IMG/VR virus record: IMGVR_UViG_2921473944_000001
Coordinates: 15,954 to 79,953 of that record
Origin: a virus
Lineage: Duplodnaviria > Caudoviricetes
Direction: 5' to 3' (one strand)
Length of the DNA: 64,000 bases
The notes under the pieces are model-generated. The model made no database searches, was not told the origin of the DNA, and worked only from the letters and a program-made list of their open reading frames with translations. Shown piece by piece: positions 61,143-64,000 of this stretch (within the stretch, counting starts at the first letter, position 1; each line of letters starts with the position of its first letter). The position numbers and the translations under genes were made by a program.

Positions 61143-61207
61143 TTTAATATCCTCCTTATACTAACTTGTTATCAAGTTCTCATAACACCCCATGTATTTT
61201 TCGCGAA

Positions 61208-61987
61208 TTAACAAAGATTATCAAATCCGTATGTTGGTCTAGCCATAAAATCAACAACTATATACGCTTTGCCATCGATAACCGTGGCTTCACTTAAGTC
61301 GATTTCAATGTCATCTTTGTCAATACGCCATCCGATATCATCACTTACTCCTGTATGCGGAACACCTATCTCGTCATAGAACTGTGACAAGGATATATAC
61401 ATTTCACTCATCATAGCTTTATTAAGTCTATTAACAGCCGCATCCAGATCATTCTTACTGGACTTAAATGGCTGATTACTCATTGCATCGATAAACCAAG
61501 TGTCAGCATCGCCATTCACAATAATCTGGGTTTTCTTCTCATCAGATGTGATATCTTTAACTTTATCTTCTGCAATCTTCTGCTTAATTTCTTTTACTTT
61601 TTTCTCTGAAACAACTTCTTTTGTCTTGTCTTTCAATTCAGAATAAGCTGTCTCAGAAATCTTGTACGCGGAATATAATGCTGCATGTCTACGTGAATGT
61701 ACAGAATTAGCCCCAATCAAACATGCTGCAGACGCCCCAGTAAGAAGTGCTACAGGAAGATACTGTTTCCAAGTAACTTTAACAACCTCTACAGGTTTAA
61801 GCTCTTCAACTTTCTGTTCTTTTTTTTCTTCTTCGATTAACTGTAGTGCTTTTGGCGTGACTTTAATCCCAACAACTACTGCTGTACACATACCCGCAAT
61901 ACCAAGCCCCGTAAGAATTTCAGGACTACGTTTTTCTACTTTTTTCCATACCATTTTGAAACTACGTTTAATGCTTTCTTTACTCAT
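61208..61987 (-). CDS. DUF6353-like protein
   Basis: RSPEILTGLGIAG..TPKA..YLP..YISLSQFYDEIG..IGW. Confidence 0.75.
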   Translation of the reverse strand: MSKESIKRSFKMVWKKVEKRSPEILTGLGIAGMCTAVVVGIKVTPKALQLIEEEKKEQKVEELKPVEVVKVTWKQYLPVALLTGASAACLIGANSVHSRRHAALYSAYKISETAYSELKDKTKEVVSEKKVKEIKQKIAEDKVKDITSDEKKTQIIVNGDADTWFIDAMSNQPFKSSKNDLDAAVNRLNKAMMSEMYISLSQFYDEIGVPHTGVSDDIGWRIDKDDIEIDLSEATVIDGKAYIVVDFMARPTYGFDNLC

Positions 61988-62060
61988 TTTAAATATCTCC
62001 TTTTAATATTTTGCAAAAGAAAAGAGCCTAAGTCATTTTGACCCAAGCTCCCTGCTAATA

Positions 62061-62216
62061 TTATTCTGAAGATTTTTGTCTCTCTTCAAGAATATCTGCT
62101 GCTCTTTGTGCAACTTCCTCATTCTGATCTTTGGCTAACAGAATGCTTACTACAAAGCTCCCTGCTCCACAAACCGCCGAAACTACCGTCAGCAGTGCTT
62201 TCTTGTTAATTTTCAT
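62061..62216 (-). CDS. 51-aa membrane peptide (own cassette)
   Basis: Promoter 62241, GGAGG RBS, terminator 62015; paralog of 63857..64000. Confidence 0.65.
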   Translation of the reverse strand: MKINKKALLTVVSAVCGAGSFVVSILLAKDQNEEVAQRAADILEERQKSSE

Positions 62217-62314
62217 TTTTGTCTCCTCCTTAAATAATATTTCATAACAGTCTTCGTTCCTTTCGCGAATCTGTCGTATAAAAATAGCACATAGTTCTGT
62301 CACCTACGTACTAA

Positions 62315-62418
62315 AATAAAAAGAGAATACTGTGTAGCTAGCCATTAAACTGCCAGTCCTATTTCATGACTAATGGATAGGTTCTATACACCCAGAGCCA
62401 TTAGTCATTTAATAGTTC
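62315..62418 (-). ncRNA. Candidate structured small RNA
   Basis: Promoter at 62424-62452, no RBS or usable ORF, 11-bp perfect stem ATGACTAATGG/CCATTAGTCAT, ends in a T tract. Confidence 0.45.
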
Positions 62419-62498
62419 ATTCTCTCATAATAGCCCTTGTAATTTTCGCGAAAGAACAAGAGCCTAAGTCATTTTGACCTACGCCCTCGCCTACAGAT

Positions 62499-62702
62499 TT
62501 ACTGTTTTTCGAGTTTTTTAATTTTTCTTCCGGCTGCAAAAAGGCTTATAAGCATTAACGGATATACGATTACCGCACCGTCGATAGCTCCACTCAAAAA
62601 AGCTGCTGATGTTGCTTTGACTCTTTTAAGTCTACTTTCATCATCACAGTTATCATAATAATAATCTGTTAACGCTTCTTGCATCATAGTTGCTAAATCC
62701 AT
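62499..62702 (-). CDS. Small membrane protein (own cassette)
   Basis: Promoter 62735, GGAGG RBS, terminator 62452-62490. Confidence 0.6.
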   Translation of the reverse strand: MDLATMMQEALTDYYYDNCDDESRLKRVKATSAAFLSGAIDGAVIVYPLMLISLFAAGRKIKKLEKQ

Positions 62703-62762
62703 ATCAATTCCTCCTTAATTAACATTTAATCTGTTTCATAAAGGGGCGTGTAATTTTCGCGT

Positions 62763-63545
62763 CTATTGGTATTCGTCATTAAGTGCTTCTTCAGTTGGCA
62801 TAAATGCAGTCTCAATAATATAACATTCAAGTCCGTCATCCATCGTTACTTTTCTATGATTAAAGTCAATCCAAAAAGTTTCATCATAGTACATATTCCA
62901 ACCTACTTTCTCACCATTAGGTGTCAGATCTAGTCCGAGATACTCGTAGAACTCATTAAGACATACGCAACCACCTTCAGTAACAAAAATACGATTCAAA
63001 TGATACTCTGCCTGCAATACCTGTTCTAACGGAGCGTTAAAATATCGTCTACCGTATGCATCATAAAATAGTTTAGGTTCGCTATAATCGTCTTCTAAAT
63101 ATTGAGAATAGCATCCAAAACCGCTCTGAACACAAGGATATACTTCATGCGCATCTTCAACAGCAAGTGCTTCGACTACTTTCTCATGCGCTTCTATGCC
63201 ATACAACTCAATAACTTTCTGACGATACTGCCGGTAGCTCTGTTCAATAAAAGCATATCCGCTTGCTAATGATGCCTGCTGTTTCTGTGATAATATATTA
63301 GCTCCAAATATACATGCGATTGTAGCCGCTCCGCATACTACTGACGGCAAATATGCTGGCGCTGTAGTCTTTATAACTTCCCATTTTGAAAGTTTCGCAC
63401 ATTTCTCTTTTTCAGCTTCGTCCATTAGTTTTAAAGCTTTTGGTGTTTCCTGTACTGCCATTACTGAAGTTGCGATAACACCAGCTCCACCTAAACAGGT
63501 AAGAATAATAGAAGCTGTATTCTTGCTAAATTTTGATTTTTTCAT
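62763..63545 (-). CDS. DUF6353-like protein
   Basis: TILTCLGGAGVIAT-type TM, TPKA, YLP, VCLNEFYEYLG..VGW..IDF. Confidence 0.75.
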   Translation of the reverse strand: MKKSKFSKNTASIILTCLGGAGVIATSVMAVQETPKALKLMDEAEKEKCAKLSKWEVIKTTAPAYLPSVVCGAATIACIFGANILSQKQQASLASGYAFIEQSYRQYRQKVIELYGIEAHEKVVEALAVEDAHEVYPCVQSGFGCYSQYLEDDYSEPKLFYDAYGRRYFNAPLEQVLQAEYHLNRIFVTEGGCVCLNEFYEYLGLDLTPNGEKVGWNMYYDETFWIDFNHRKVTMDDGLECYIIETAFMPTEEALNDEYQ

Positions 63546-63563
63546 ACCATTGTTCTCCTTTCT

Positions 63564-63782
63564 TTACTCAATTAACTTATCTATTTTGTATAAAACTGCC
63601 TCGCTAATATCACCTTCAAGACTGATGTTGAAAGTAATACGTTTATCAACAGTTTCGATACCTAGTTCCTTAATACGTATGTTTGGTTTGTGTCCAGTTG
63701 ATTTATATATAGCGTTAGAAATCAACTTACTGACAATACCCCGCATCACCCTGCTGTGTAACTTGATTCTCATCTCATCCAT
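63564..63782 (-). CDS. Hypothetical protein
   Basis: 72-aa ORF with GAGG RBS. Confidence 0.6.
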   Translation of the reverse strand: MDEMRIKLHSRVMRGIVSKLISNAIYKSTGHKPNIRIKELGIETVDKRITFNISLEGDISEAVLYKIDKLIE

Positions 63783-63856
63783 GTCCTACCTCTACTAAAA
63801 AAGAGTCCAAGTCGATTAAGACCTGAACTCTTTCGCCTTAATGTTAACAGTTACTA

Positions 63857-64000
63857 CTAATGTCTTCTTCTAACTATTTCGGCTGCTCGTTTGGCTATAG
63901 CTTCATTTTGCGCTTTGTTAAGTAGTAGGTTTACTACAAAACTTGCTGTTCCAAACACAGCTGAAAGTCCATTGAGCGCTATAGTTTTGTCGATTTTCAT
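63857..64000 (-). CDS. 47-aa membrane peptide, paralog of 62061..62216
   Basis: MKIDKTIALNGLSAVFGTASFVVNLLLNKAQNEAIAKRAAEIVRRRH; terminator 63797-63835. Confidence 0.6.
   Translation of the reverse strand: MKIDKTIALNGLSAVFGTASFVVNLLLNKAQNEAIAKRAAEIVRRRH

Larger units (their letters stand above)
23370..62763 (-). promoter_or_regulatory. Dispersed phage promoter motif, 21 copies (xxCGCGA-N16-TAT[A/G][A/G]n, often TGT-extended)
   Basis: -10 to -35 spans start at 23370, 23818, 24131, 24746, 26251, 32495, 33709, 34037, 37663, 37939, 38300, 38574, 40956, 43218, 48290, 50237, 52322, 61179, 62241, 62424, 62735; 17-nt spacer in 20 of 21; all but one (62424) point into an RBS and ORF. Confidence 0.85.

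Noticed and set aside
107-63798. Most plus-strand ORFs and short nested minus-strand ORFs in the track
   Set aside because: Shadows of longer minus-strand genes with no RBS or recognisable motifs; only 10209..10847 is retained
23024-63835. Integron attC sites
   Set aside because: No integron integrase or GTTRRRY core seen; G-U pairing and T tracts fit RNA terminators
1-64000. Genome-wide TAG (amber) recoding suggested by the TAG at 9052
   Set aside because: Long genes are open under code 11, TAG is a normal stop elsewhere (34768, 50249, 63857), and the only tRNA is CAT
1-64000. Integrase/att site, DGR, retron or reverse transcriptase
   Set aside because: No recombinase catalytic motifs, no YADD-type RT motif and no TR/VR repeat pair seen in this window

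Overview
The whole window is one long-tailed (siphovirus-like) dsDNA phage genome segment. The AGGAG/GGAGG ribosome-binding sites and Amidase_3 lysin suggest a Bacillota/Clostridia host (inference). No host genes, integrase or att site are visible. Almost all genes are on the minus strand. Read right to left: (i) 64-57 kb, membrane-anchored DUF6353-like paralogs and small cassettes; (ii) a 1411-aa helicase-primase-family B polymerase fusion, SSB, RadC, SF2 helicase, ThyX-like, MazG-like and DHH genes among about 80 small early/middle ORFs, organised by 21 copies of a non-canonical promoter-like motif (xxCGCGA-N16-TAT[A/G][A/G]n) and about 25 related intrinsic terminators; (iii) a repeat-rich origin-like region at 20.0-20.4 kb; (iv) a tRNA(CAU), VRR-NUC and Cas4-like nucleases, and a 1046-aa single-subunit two-barrel RNA polymerase (DFDGD motif); (v) a GC-rich cos/pac-like site, terS, HNH, an accessory block of proteins sharing an HxGVKGMKWG motif, terL, portal, protease-capsid fusion, head-tail and tail genes, and an endolysin. 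My best candidate for an undescribed system is a phage polymorphic effector family defined by the HxGVKGMKWG motif. It has five members plus a variant in the RNAP, and includes an ART-like protein and an HD-hydrolase/motif/RNase-toxin fusion followed by a translationally coupled immunity-like gene. It sits alongside a phage RNAP and a promoter/terminator gene-cassette architecture. Four genes carry point or deletion lesions. All domain names come from motif recognition by eye, not database searches.
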